A stretch of DNA of 64,000 nt from a virus (Duplodnaviria; Heunggongvirae; Uroviricota; Caudoviricetes), in IMG/VR virus record IMGVR_UViG_3300048591_000212; one strand, written 5' to 3'. How positions within the stretch are numbered: position 1 is the stretch's first letter; each line of letters begins with the position of its first letter. Position numbers and translations under genes: made by a program. The notes below the pieces were generated by a model. That model did no database searches, was not told the origin of the DNA, and saw nothing but the letters and a program-made list of their open reading frames with translations. Shown here one piece after another: positions 43,736 to 53,309 of the stretch.

Positions 43736-46700
43736 TCATTTCAGCGGACATGCTCCCTCGCATTCCAATGATTCCAAGTCTCCACCAGAAAGATCCTTTT
43801 CGAAAATATCATCAATGGTTTTGAGATTTTTGATCATTGATAGATATTGTTCTTCAGTAATCTCTTCGTATGGAGCCTGAGCAAAGCCGTGTTCGGAGTG
43901 AAGAAGAAAGGAAACCGACTTAATTGAATTATCATAATTATTCTTCAGCCACTCCTTAATTTCCGGCAACTCCTCCTTTCGATAATACACCGTCACTGAA
44001 ATTGCATTATCGGCCCAGACCGTCTGAATCTGTTTCACCAACTCCAACTGAGTCACGGCTGACATATTTTTGGAAATAAGAGTGTCCTTCAATTCACACG
44101 GAAATTCTACGACAACGGTGCTTCTGTCCTCGGACCCATCAAAGTTTTTCACATATTCAATATGGTATCCCATGTCCCTACAGACCTTTACCAACTTGTC
44201 ATCGGACGACATGCGAATTCTACGAATATAGTGTTCCGAAAAGCCGGGGTGAATTCCGGGTGTCGCTCCAGCCAACAGAGAAAGAGTTCCACTCGGTTTC
44301 ACAAGAGTCAGACGAATCGATTCGGGCCAGCCATTCAGCTTGGACCATTCCTTGTCGAATTTTTTCAGTTCTCTATAGACTTCATCCAACCACTCAATTT
44401 TGTCAAATGATTGGCAAATTCCAGTAATACCCAAACCAACTCTCATATTCTTGTGGACAATATTATTGGTCTTTTTGTGAAGGTATGGCATGGCAGCGAT
44501 AGCTTTTTGAGTCTTGTACAGAAGTTTAGCCGCCCGAATAGTCTCTTCCTTCGACTGTAAGTTGTTCAAAAATAAGTCACTTAGGTCGCACGTTTCTCCG
44601 TCAGCCAATGGTGTCTCTCCACAATTTGGTAAATATACTCCATCGTATATTTTGTTTCCATACTTATTATTCTTAATTGATGTAATAATTCCTACGGTAT
44701 GATTATCATCAACCGTGATATTATAGACCGTCTGCTTTTCTTGCAGTAATTCGACAGACACCACCTTATGATTATAGGTCTCGGCAACGCTCACCAATTC
44801 CTTGTAACCAGAAAACATTGTTTTGGACCCAAACCGAATCGGAACATTTTGTTCCCGACACTTCTGCTCCCATGTCTTTTTGAGAACTCTTCCGTTCTGC
44901 TCTCTTAGTTGGAAATAGATATCCAACTGTTGCTTCTTCTTTTGGGCGGATTCATTTTCGAAATAATTTCTCAATTCGGCCTTTCTCTTTTTGTTGACTG
45001 GTGAATTGGGCCGACCATTTCTATGTGCTAAAGCATTTTGAACACTGGCATAGGCCCGTTCTCTTTCCTGATAATTAATCCAAAATTCCGAACCATCATA
45101 TTCATCATATCTCTTGACCAAACACACACCATTTTCGATCTTGGCATCATAGCCCTGTTGAATTGCTTTTTGATATGTCTTTACTACTCTCGGATCAATA
45201 TTAACAATGGATTCAAAGCCACACTCAATTGCGGCCCATTTTGCTAAATCCGAAGGCGTTGCGAACCAATCGGTTCTTCTCCACTCAGAAAAGGAACTCG
45301 GCACTCCAGTTTCTTTGGAAAAATTTTCCCACTCTTTTGTAGAAAATCTTCTTCCGAGAGTCCTAGTCAAATCCAGAGCGGCCTTTTCTATGTCAGAATT
45401 CGAAAAGCCAGAATATTTTCCGTTCTTTTCTCCCTGAGTGTCCATTGAGGCATGAAGGGCACAGTGATCAGAAAAAGTCATAATTTCAAGATTTTCTGGT
45501 CTATTATCAAATGAATCATAGTTCTTGCGGTGAACGACCAATCCTCCGCTTATCCAGCCATTCTTTTGCTCTTCATCATGTCGAGCCTTCCATTTTTCTG
45601 CCTCAAAAAACTGAGAAATCAACCTATGTTCGAATAATCGTTTATTTTTCATATTAATAGAATCAGTATGAACCATAAAGTATTGTTTTCTGTTTTGTTG
45701 AGAGATTTTCTCTGGAGCTTTCCGAAAATGAAACAGGCTGTCATTCTTCTGAAGATCCTTTGCCAACTTCACTTCACCACCCAGAAGACATACTTTGTGA
45801 TCTGGAGTAACATCAAAATGAGAACCATTATCCAAAGTCACCCGAACAATATTCTTATTATATCCAGTCACTCTTGGATTGCGGCCCATTTTAATTGAGA
45901 CCTCTCCAGTATTGGGATCAACCGAATAAACAGGAACATCATTTCCTGTCTCGGCCAATTCTCGAATAGTAACAGAATTTCGTCCATCGGCTACTGCAAC
46001 GAGAGTGTCACCCGAAAAACACGGATTCAGGCCCTCACAATTATCCTTCTGTAATTCTCCCAATCTTCCGAATTTTTGGGTCAATGGAAGATTAAAGAAA
46101 CCATAGGGTTCTCCATTTCCGTTATATCCCTCCCATACACTCGGAAGAATATAATCATAGCTGTCGGCATAAATTGTGTTATTCGACATTGCCCGCCAGT
46201 TTGGAATATTTCCCAAATCCCATCTCTTCGCCCTCAAAAACAGAAAGTCATCCGCATCACCCAGAGCAATAGTGGCAGTTCTTCTTACGTTGCCACTAAC
46301 CACAATTTTACCAATAATATTACAAATATCCAAAACATCCAAAGAGCGCAGTTTCTTTCCTTCCCGGCTTTTCAGAATTTTGGAAATAGTTTCAATTCCT
46401 TCAATTAGGCTACCGGGGCCGGATGCCACACCACCAAATCCCTTGATCTTTTCTCCGTATCCCCGAACCAGAATAGTCGAATATGTAAATGATTCTCCAG
46501 TCTCAAGAAAAGCCTTAAAGGTCTTGCGGAGAAGTTTCACCCAACCTTCACGAGAATCAGGAACAATGAAATCGGCATCATTGGTTTTCTGGTGAGTAAT
46601 AGTCACATTTTTCTTCACTCTGGGTAGCTCATGAATATCTTCCTTTTTAACCGAGAACCCAACACCGCCACCCAACATTAGATTCTCAAAGAGGAAACAA

Positions 46701-47092
46701 AAATCCTCGTACTCCGAAATACGAGTAAAGAAACAATTAATCAAAGAGTTGGCACCAAATCTTTTAATCGTGCTGGTTCCAAGTTGCCACAACATTCTTC
46801 CGGCAAGAGTACACTTCAGATTAAACATCAAATCAAAAAGTTCTTGGGCTTCTTCTGAAGTATACTTCGCTCCGATCTCCTGAGCGCCATTAATGCAACG
46901 GGCAATTGTCTGCCACCACTCCTCGGTGATTTCTCCATCGGGCAACAGTCGAGCATAGGTCCGTTTATATACCAAATACCCAAGTGAGTTAAATCCCCAC
47001 TTTGGATTCTTTCCAACATACTTTCTCAAAAAGTCTTCCGGCAAAATGTCTGAAACGAAAGTTGAAAGGTAATTATCGTGAATTGTTGTCAT
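43736..47092 (-). CDS. nrdJ: class II (B12-dependent, monomeric-type) ribonucleotide reductase with intein
   Basis: VYKRTYAR, AGRMLW, NCF, GGGVGF, PDSREGW, VRRTATIALG, NP|C GE, KPSGTLSLL, QAPYE; likely start 47092. Confidence 0.95.
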   Translation of the reverse strand: MTTIHDNYLSTFVSDILPEDFLRKYVGKNPKWGFNSLGYLVYKRTYARLLPDGEITEEWWQTIARCINGAQEIGAKYTSEEAQELFDLMFNLKCTLAGRMLWQLGTSTIKRFGANSLINCFFTRISEYEDFCFLFENLMLGGGVGFSVKKEDIHELPRVKKNVTITHQKTNDADFIVPDSREGWVKLLRKTFKAFLETGESFTYSTILVRGYGEKIKGFGGVASGPGSLIEGIETISKILKSREGKKLRSLDVLDICNIIGKIVVSGNVRRTATIALGDADDFLFLRAKRWDLGNIPNWRAMSNNTIYADSYDYILPSVWEGYNGNGEPYGFFNLPLTQKFGRLGELQKDNCEGLNPCFSGDTLVAVADGRNSVTIRELAETGNDVPVYSVDPNTGEVSIKMGRNPRVTGYNKNIVRVTLDNGSHFDVTPDHKVCLLGGEVKLAKDLQKNDSLFHFRKAPEKISQQNRKQYFMVHTDSINMKNKRLFEHRLISQFFEAEKWKARHDEEQKNGWISGGLVVHRKNYDSFDNRPENLEIMTFSDHCALHASMDTQGEKNGKYSGFSNSDIEKAALDLTRTLGRRFSTKEWENFSKETGVPSSFSEWRRTDWFATPSDLAKWAAIECGFESIVNIDPRVVKTYQKAIQQGYDAKIENGVCLVKRYDEYDGSEFWINYQERERAYASVQNALAHRNGRPNSPVNKKRKAELRNYFENESAQKKKQQLDIYFQLREQNGRVLKKTWEQKCREQNVPIRFGSKTMFSGYKELVSVAETYNHKVVSVELLQEKQTVYNITVDDNHTVGIITSIKNNKYGNKIYDGVYLPNCGETPLADGETCDLSDLFLNNLQSKEETIRAAKLLYKTQKAIAAMPYLHKKTNNIVHKNMRVGLGITGICQSFDKIEWLDEVYRELKKFDKEWSKLNGWPESIRLTLVKPSGTLSLLAGATPGIHPGFSEHYIRRIRMSSDDKLVKVCRDMGYHIEYVKNFDGSEDRSTVVVEFPCELKDTLISKNMSAVTQLELVKQIQTVWADNAISVTVYYRKEELPEIKEWLKNNYDNSIKSVSFLLHSEHGFAQAPYEEITEEQYLSMIKNLKTIDDIFEKDLSGGDLESLECEGACPLK
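44624..46021 (-). mobile_element. contiguous 466-aa intein with HNH domain
   Basis: CFSGDT..VTPDH..EHRL..VVHRKN..DNRPENL..VYNITVDDNH..YLPN|C, inserted at the catalytic NPC motif. Confidence 0.92.
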
Positions 47093-47108
47093 ATTTGTCT
47101 CTTGTAAA

Positions 47109-47927
47109 TTAGTTCTCCTGTGTATTTTCCATAATGTATCGAATTGAAATCCAGTCATTAAAATTTGCAAATCTGGAAGCCTTGGGTGAGCAGACGGCAA
47201 CATGCTCAAATGGTGACAAATGCGGAGGGTTTGCGGTTCTCAGTTTTTCATATAACTCTAGATCCTTATCCACATCAATCTTTCCGTCATGGGACAGATA
47301 GGATGTTCTGGCGCACCGGGCCACGCCGATTTTCGTTAGCTCCTCAATATTCTCTTCTTCTTCGGTATAGCCGTCCACAATATAAGGAATATGATAATGT
47401 CTTGAAATCGGAGTCGATGAAATATAGGAGTCCCGAACCGCATTAGCAAAGGCTTGCATTTCCGGTTGGGCATCCGGGTGGCATCTCTGGTTGAAAAAAT
47501 TCTGAATCTCCGTGGTAGTAAAAACAATCGTATGCCACATAAATGGTTCCAGTAGGCGATTAATTACTTGTTTGTGAAGTCCGAGTTTTGTCAATCTTTG
47601 AGCAGACTCAACCGCATTGTCGCGGGCCTTTAACCATTCTTTCTGACACTCAGAAATTAGTTCGGGCGGAAGTTCTTCTCTGGCAGACATTCCGGCCTGA
47701 TTTTTGCCCCAATGAAGCGGCATCGCTAGATCATTTAGTACTCTTTCAATTTGCTTTGTAATCGGAATGGCTCTTGATGATGCCGAATTGCGGCTGTGCG
47801 CTCGGTGCGCATTTTTTTCTGGAAGAATAAATCTGTGCATTCGTCCTTCAAATGTTGTGATCCGAGTTCCGGTATAAGGGTTGGTACTATCTAAGATCAC
47901 TTTGGCAGTCGGCTTGCTATATTCCAT
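47109..47927 (-). CDS. thyX: ThyX-like flavin-dependent thymidylate synthase
   Basis: HRFI..AHRAHSRNSASSRAIP, KQVINRLLEPF, FFNQR.H.DAQPEM, RCARTSY, HLSPFEH. Confidence 0.85.
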   Translation of the reverse strand: MEYSKPTAKVILDSTNPYTGTRITTFEGRMHRFILPEKNAHRAHSRNSASSRAIPITKQIERVLNDLAMPLHWGKNQAGMSAREELPPELISECQKEWLKARDNAVESAQRLTKLGLHKQVINRLLEPFMWHTIVFTTTEIQNFFNQRCHPDAQPEMQAFANAVRDSYISSTPISRHYHIPYIVDGYTEEEENIEELTKIGVARCARTSYLSHDGKIDVDKDLELYEKLRTANPPHLSPFEHVAVCSPKASRFANFNDWISIRYIMENTQEN

Positions 47928-47928
47928 A

Positions 47929-48192
47929 CTAATTTTCTCCCAATACAATATTATCATTCGAATCGGACCATGCCCAATAGACATGAATCCAATCCTCAAT
48001 GCAGTTCTCTCGGTTAATGTCCGATTCCGGCTTTCCGTGTGACTTCATTCGGGATGACCAATAATCCCAATAGTCTTTCAGAATATCCTCTTCGGTCTTA
48101 TTCATGACGACATCCTGAACGACATCTCCGTCGTCGATCAATTCATTATAGTACCAGACGCGGCCCCGGTCATATACATGATTACTTTTCAT
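47929..48192 (-). CDS. hypothetical protein
   Basis: EDILKDYWDYW..M..CIEDWIHVYWAW. Confidence 0.65.
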   Translation of the reverse strand: MKSNHVYDRGRVWYYNELIDDGDVVQDVVMNKTEEDILKDYWDYWSSRMKSHGKPESDINRENCIEDWIHVYWAWSDSNDNIVLGEN

Positions 48193-49196
48193 TGAAATCT
48201 CCCTTTCCAGAACATAAATCGGGCCTGTGCATCCAAGCCCGAAAAAGTATTTTCTCTTATTTCCTTTTCAACATCGATATTATCAAGCACCATGTCATTG
48301 ATATCTTTCTGTTTAATGTGACGAGGCCAGATGACTATTTCCTTTCCGGCCTGAATGACCTTATTCATCATGGCAACCACTTCTTTGTTTTGTGGCTCGT
48401 TGTCGAAGATGAATATTGGGTGTTGGTATTTATACAGAACCGATCCTAGCTCGGCTCCAGCAATTGCGATTGAGTTATCAAGAAAAAGAGAATCTATAGG
48501 CCCCTCAACAACATACACAATCGAGTCTGGGTTGAGTCTTTCCAGCCCAAAAATTTTTTTTCGGGCCTTATCAAATTTTAATGAGATGTATCTCAGCTTT
48601 GAATTTCCTAGAGTTCGGCCCTGAAGCATGAAGATATTTTCGAACTCATCATAAAACGGAATCACTAACCTCATGTCTCCGTTGTACAGACTATTAATAT
48701 AGTCCTGTCCGAAATCCTTTAGAACGAAATCCTTGAAGTCCTCGGCAAAAAACAGCCTGTCCCAGAACTTTTCTGGAATTCTTCTATCCGAACACCACTG
48801 ACGGGCAAAGTGTTTTTCGGACAATTCTGATATGGAAGGAATGGACAGCTTCTTCTTAGAGGGGGCCGTTGCAAACACCGGAGGAGAAGACGGCGGATAA
48901 TGGACAGCAACGGCCCCCCGATCTTCCATCTTCTCTAACATGAAGCGAGAGTAGGAAGAAAAGTCCACAAATTTCAGAAATTCAGAAAAAGGCGCAGAGC
49001 GACCACAGTTATGACACTTGAAGAAGAGATAACCCAACTCGGTCTTTACTGCGTATCCACGAGCCTTGGTTCTCTTCTTCTTGGAGTCTCCACAGTAGGG
49101 ACAGGAAAAATTCCATAGACCGGGTTTCTTTTTCTTGAAATTCCGAAGACTGGTTGATATCTCGTTCAGATATTTCTCTTCAAGGTAGTAGCTCAT
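48189..49196 (-). CDS. gp61: DNA primase gp61
   Basis: NFSCPYCGDS..RGY..KCHNCG Zn finger; QGR, YVVEGPIDSLFL, FDNEP, KDINDM. Confidence 0.96.
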   Translation of the reverse strand: MSYYLEEKYLNEISTSLRNFKKKKPGLWNFSCPYCGDSKKKRTKARGYAVKTELGYLFFKCHNCGRSAPFSEFLKFVDFSSYSRFMLEKMEDRGAVAVHYPPSSPPVFATAPSKKKLSIPSISELSEKHFARQWCSDRRIPEKFWDRLFFAEDFKDFVLKDFGQDYINSLYNGDMRLVIPFYDEFENIFMLQGRTLGNSKLRYISLKFDKARKKIFGLERLNPDSIVYVVEGPIDSLFLDNSIAIAGAELGSVLYKYQHPIFIFDNEPQNKEVVAMMNKVIQAGKEIVIWPRHIKQKDINDMVLDNIDVEKEIRENTFSGLDAQARFMFWKGRFQ

Positions 49197-49275
49197 TCAA
49201 CAACCAGTCTAGCACGAAAGAATAAAAGAATCAATACGAAAAATCCTATTTCTTTTAATTCGAAAAGTGAATTAA

Positions 49276-49308
49276 AATATTGACAAACTTCGTTTTTTGT
49301 GCTATAAT
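49276..49308 (+). promoter_or_regulatory. consensus sigma70 promoter firing into a non-coding AT-rich tract
   Basis: AATATTGACA-17-TG-c-TATAAT; only a 12-codon ORF follows. Confidence 0.75.
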
Positions 49309-49380
49309 AAAAATGTCATTTTGGAGAGTATTATTTATATATAAGATATAGAGTAATATTGTACAATACTTAAAAGTGGA

Positions 49381-49489
49381 AAGAATAAACTGAAAAAACA
49401 GGAATATTCCAAAAGAATGAATAAACAGAAAGAACAGGAATATTCCAAAAGAATGAATAAACAGAAAGAACAGGAATATTCCAAAAGAA
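49381..49489. repeat. 36-bp tandem repeat (about 3 copies), each with the palindrome GGAATATTCC
   Basis: Units start at 49399, 49435 and 49471. Confidence 0.92.
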
Positions 49490-49495
49490 GAGAAA

Positions 49496-49503
49496 CATAA
49501 ATA
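49496..49503 (+). promoter_or_regulatory. late promoter CATAAATA for the neck genes
   Basis: 9 nt before the gp13 ATG. Confidence 0.65.
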
Positions 49504-49511
49504 CTCTCTAT

Positions 49512-50258
49512 ATGAACAGAGAAGAATTCGGATCATACTGTCTAAGAAAACTAGGCCATCCTGTAATCAATATTGAAGTGGACCCTCAGCAAGTAGAGGA
49601 TCGAATTGATGATGCTCTGAGAAAATTTCGAGAATATCACTATGATGCTCGAACTGAAGAGTACCTCTCTGTAGAACTGACTTCTCAGATCGAGACAGAT
49701 GGCTATGTGACTTTGGATGATAATGTCTATTCTGTAAAGAGAGTTCTCCCTGTCCTCAATACCGCCAATACTACCGGAGGAGCCTTGTTCTCGATGGAGT
49801 ATCAGTTTTTCATAAATGAGTTCTATAATACTTCTGGAATCACGACTGGCAATCTTTCGAATATTAGTTCAATTCGACAATATATTGAAACGATGTCCAG
49901 AGAGTTGATTCCTCTGGTGTCCTTTAATTTCAATAAAAAGACCAGTCGAGTATTCTTCAATGAGAACATGCCCCGGCTTCGAAGCCGAGCCACCTATCTG
50001 ATTTTCGAGATTGAGAGAATAGTGGACCCAGAGGAATTTCCGAATGTCTGGGAAGATGAATGGCTCATTGAATATACCACGTCCCTCATTAAGAAACAAT
50101 GGGGCCAGAATGTTTCGAAGTTCGGTTCTCTGTCCTTGCCGGGTGGAATTGTCATTAATGGGGAGGCAATTTATGGGCAGGCCGTGGAGGAAATTGCTGC
50201 CTTGGAGACTCGGCTTATTAATAGTCTTCAGCCGCCTCTTGGAGTCTATGTAGGATAA
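49512..50258 (+). CDS. gp13: neck protein gp13
   Basis: YCLRKLGHPVINIEVDPQQVEDRIDDAL..YHYD..W..EYTTSLIKKQWGQNVSKF..LPGG...NG. Confidence 0.95.
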   Translation: MNREEFGSYCLRKLGHPVINIEVDPQQVEDRIDDALRKFREYHYDARTEEYLSVELTSQIETDGYVTLDDNVYSVKRVLPVLNTANTTGGALFSMEYQFFINEFYNTSGITTGNLSNISSIRQYIETMSRELIPLVSFNFNKKTSRVFFNENMPRLRSRATYLIFEIERIVDPEEFPNVWEDEWLIEYTTSLIKKQWGQNVSKFGSLSLPGGIVINGEAIYGQAVEEIAALETRLINSLQPPLGVYVG

Positions 50259-50263
50259 TCCTC

Positions 50264-50902
50264 ATGCCAACAAATCATTACTTCAATCTGGGAACCGGAG
50301 TCGGTTCGCGTTCCGAACAAAATCTTCTTCAGATGCTCACCACCGAATCAATTCAGATTGGTGGAGCGGATTTTGTCTATTTACCCAGAACCATTGTGAA
50401 TCTCGATGAGCTTTTCAAAGAAGACTATATATCGAAATTTGAAAAGACCTATACCATTGAAATGTATATCGAGAACTATGATGACTTTCTTGGACAAGGT
50501 GAAATGATCGGTAAGTTTGGATTTCAGTTAGAGGAACAGCTTCGGCTATTTGTGTCCAGAGAAAGATTTATGCAGGTCGTCGGAACTCAATTTCCAACCG
50601 AGGGCGACCTTCTTTATTTTCCTGTCTCAAAGCATTTATTCGAAATTAAGTTTGTGGACGACAAGAAACCTCTGTTTCCTCTTGGGTCCAGATCATTCTT
50701 CGTTTTGGTATGTGACACATTCAAATATTCTCATGAGACCTTTAGTACCGGAACTGCGGCAGACGATCTTTTCACTAAATTCGGAGACGTTGGAGCGACC
50801 ACTCCTTATGTTGATCCATTTGCCAAGAATAAGGAAATTTCCGAAATTGCCGAGGATATTGTGAATTGGGACGAATCCAATCCTTTTGGAAAATTGGGAT
50901 AA
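50264..50902 (+). CDS. gp14: neck protein gp14
   Basis: NHYFN..EQNLL..ESIQIGG..YLPR..F.ED..SKF..IEMYIE..KFG..P.EGDLLYFP...LFEI.FV..E.NPFG. Confidence 0.95.
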   Translation: MPTNHYFNLGTGVGSRSEQNLLQMLTTESIQIGGADFVYLPRTIVNLDELFKEDYISKFEKTYTIEMYIENYDDFLGQGEMIGKFGFQLEEQLRLFVSRERFMQVVGTQFPTEGDLLYFPVSKHLFEIKFVDDKKPLFPLGSRSFFVLVCDTFKYSHETFSTGTAADDLFTKFGDVGATTPYVDPFAKNKEISEIAEDIVNWDESNPFGKLG

Positions 50903-50905
50903 TAT

Positions 50906-51679
50906 ATGGCCTTTGAAAATAATCATTACTATCATTCATCCATTCGAAGACTGACTGCGGCAATTGGTTCTCTTCTCAAGAATATGAGAATTGTTCGCCT
51001 AAATCCAGATGCCTCGATTCATTCCACGATTATTGTTCCACTGTCCTATGCCTCCGGGGATCGGGCAATCACCATGATTCAACAGCAAAAGGAACAGAGA
51101 ATTCGAGAGGACGTTGAGGTTCGAATTGCCTTGCCGAGAATTACCTTTTCCCTTACCGGAATGACCTATGATTCCCCTCGGCAGTCACAGCCTGTAATTA
51201 ATACTATCTACAATAATACAGTCAGTGGAATTGCCACAACTCAGTTCAAGCCGATTCCGTATGATTTTGAGTACACCGTGAATCTCTGGGTCAAGAACAT
51301 GGACGACGGCCTCCAGATTATTGAACAAATTGCTCCATACTTTAGGCCATTTTATACGGTGACATTGGAAGATATTCCTAGCCTAAATATCATTCGAGAC
51401 GTTCCGGTTGCTCTTACTTCAATTTCTCAGGAAGACATTTATGAGGGAATAGTTGAAGACGAGAGAATTATTAATTGGACTATTACTTTATTAGCGAAGG
51501 GTTGGTTATATCCTCCGATCTCAAGCTCGAATGTCATTAAGACTGCCTATACCAATCTTCTTGATTTGGATAATGAGGAAAGAATCTTTGGGTCGATTCT
51601 GACAATTGATCCAGCCAACGCGGAAAAGGATGACGAATACGAGGTAATCGAAACGATTGAGGATGGTCCGCCAGTATAG
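50906..51679 (+). CDS. gp15: tail sheath stabiliser / tail terminator gp15
   Basis: HYYHSSIRR..AIGSL..VPLSYA..LPRITF..YD..R..P.PYDF..DDGLQIIEQI.PYF.P. Confidence 0.93.
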   Translation: MAFENNHYYHSSIRRLTAAIGSLLKNMRIVRLNPDASIHSTIIVPLSYASGDRAITMIQQQKEQRIREDVEVRIALPRITFSLTGMTYDSPRQSQPVINTIYNNTVSGIATTQFKPIPYDFEYTVNLWVKNMDDGLQIIEQIAPYFRPFYTVTLEDIPSLNIIRDVPVALTSISQEDIYEGIVEDERIINWTITLLAKGWLYPPISSSNVIKTAYTNLLDLDNEERIFGSILTIDPANAEKDDEYEVIETIEDGPPV

Positions 51680-51697
51680 GCGTTGTCGAGGAGGAAG

Positions 51698-52084
51698 ATG
51701 ATTAGACAGAACGTATATTCCAACTTTGTGGTGAACGTGGGGACCACATTTCAGAAGACTCTGGATATTCGAAATGAGGACGGAACTGTTCCAGATTTAA
51801 CTAATTATTATGCCTTCTGTGCGGCCCAGAAATCATTTCATTCTGGAGTGGACCGATTTAGTCTTTCGGCCCAGATTGTTGCTCCCGCTCTAACATCAGG
51901 AAAGATCATGCTGAGTATTTCGGCAAATGACAGTCTTTCCATTAAGCCGGGACGATATGTTTACCAACTGAAGATTTCTCCGACGAATCTTGGGGCCACT
52001 GGTTTCTCTTCTGGAACATTGGTGTACTCGGTCTATGAAGGAATAATTTTAGTAAATTCAGACGTGGTGTTCGTCGCCAATTAA
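51698..52084 (+). CDS. hypothetical virion-associated protein
   Basis: Beta-rich; G.I.LSISA..S..IKPGRYVYQL; SD gaggagg. Confidence 0.6.
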   Translation: MIRQNVYSNFVVNVGTTFQKTLDIRNEDGTVPDLTNYYAFCAAQKSFHSGVDRFSLSAQIVAPALTSGKIMLSISANDSLSIKPGRYVYQLKISPTNLGATGFSSGTLVYSVYEGIILVNSDVVFVAN

Positions 52085-52117
52085 AATATAGACAAATTTC
52101 TCGTTGTGTGGTATGAT
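52085..52117 (+). promoter_or_regulatory. candidate middle-class promoter heading the glycosylation island
   Basis: AATATAGACAAAT; TAGACA-17-TATGAT. Confidence 0.65.
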
Positions 52118-52127
52118 GGAGTAAATT

Positions 52128-53309
52128 ATGCACAAGAACAAGTATCGCTTTCATATTTTGGGTCTGGCCCATACGGTAACAAATTCGGAATATACCGCAT
52201 GTGCCTATACTCAAAAGGTTCTCAAGTTTGGTAAAATGATGAAGGACTTGGGGCACACGATTATTCATTATGGTCACGAGGATTCCCAACTCGAATGTGA
52301 TGAGCATGTGACAGTGATCACCAATAAGGACCTTGAGATCGCCTACGGCAATTATGACTGGAGAAACAATTTCTTCAAATTTGATATGGAGGATCATGCC
52401 TACAGAACTTTTGATACCAACACGATTCGAGAAATAGAAAAGAGAAAGCAGCCAAATGATTTTCTGCTTCCTTTTTGGGGAATGGGACACTACAAAATCT
52501 GCGTTGCCCATAAGGACATGATTGTTGTGGAGCCGGGAATTGGTTATGCCACAGGCCAGTTTGCCCGTTGGAGAATCTTTGAATCCCATGCAATTCGGGC
52601 CGCAGTGAATGGAGCAATTTCGGTGGCCGAGACTGGTAAGGAAGACTGGTATCATGCCGTAATTCCAAATTATTTTGACCCGAACGAGTTTGAATATTCC
52701 GAAGAAAAGGATGATTACTTTCTGTACTTGGGTCGAGTCTACAGAGGCAAAGGGGCCGATATTGCCTATCAGGTCTGTCAGGCATTGGGCGAGAAACTGA
52801 TCTTTGCTGGTCAGGGGTCCATTGAGGATATTCATCGAAGAGAAGATAATAACGAACCAGTCTATCGTCCTATTCCGGGTCAGATTGAGCATGTTGGTTA
52901 TGCGAATTCCGAGAAGAGAAAGAAGCTCATGAGTCGGGCCAAGGGCTTTTTCTTACCGTCGATGTTTTGTGAACCTTTTGGTGGGGCCGCTCATGAGGCT
53001 CTATTTTCCGGCTGTCCGATTATCACAACTGATTGGGGCGTCTGGCCTGAGTCGAATATTCATGGCTACACAGGATATCGTTGCCGAACAATGGATCACT
53101 TTCTCTGGGCCGCAAAGAATATTTCGAATATTAAACCCGTCAATTGTCGCAATTGGGCAATCAATAATTTCTCTTTGGAAAAGGTTGGTGCAATGTACGA
53201 GGAATATTTTCGAATGGTCTATGATTGTTATACCGGAAATGGATTCTATCAGCTACATCCAGATCGGGAAAATCTGGACTGGCTGAAGAGGAGCTATGAT
53301 TTTGAATGA
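52128..53309 (+). CDS. GT-B (GT4-like) glycosyltransferase
   Basis: FLYLGRVYRGKG..FAGQG..VGYA..RKKLMSRAK..PS...EPFG...EA..SGCPIITTDWG. Confidence 0.9.
   Translation: MHKNKYRFHILGLAHTVTNSEYTACAYTQKVLKFGKMMKDLGHTIIHYGHEDSQLECDEHVTVITNKDLEIAYGNYDWRNNFFKFDMEDHAYRTFDTNTIREIEKRKQPNDFLLPFWGMGHYKICVAHKDMIVVEPGIGYATGQFARWRIFESHAIRAAVNGAISVAETGKEDWYHAVIPNYFDPNEFEYSEEKDDYFLYLGRVYRGKGADIAYQVCQALGEKLIFAGQGSIEDIHRREDNNEPVYRPIPGQIEHVGYANSEKRKKLMSRAKGFFLPSMFCEPFGGAAHEALFSGCPIITTDWGVWPESNIHGYTGYRCRTMDHFLWAAKNISNIKPVNCRNWAINNFSLEKVGAMYEEYFRMVYDCYTGNGFYQLHPDRENLDWLKRSYDFE

Noticed and set aside
47093-47209. N-terminal extension of NrdJ given in the ORF track
   Set aside because: It overlaps the thyX 3' end; ATG 47092 is the more plausible start. 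Similar over-extensions were trimmed elsewhere.
49381-49489. Mini-CRISPR array
   Set aside because: The 36-bp units are contiguous and identical, with no unique spacers and no cas genes.
51942-52892. 316-aa minus-strand ORF
   Set aside because: Antisense to the well-supported GT4 gene, with no motifs.
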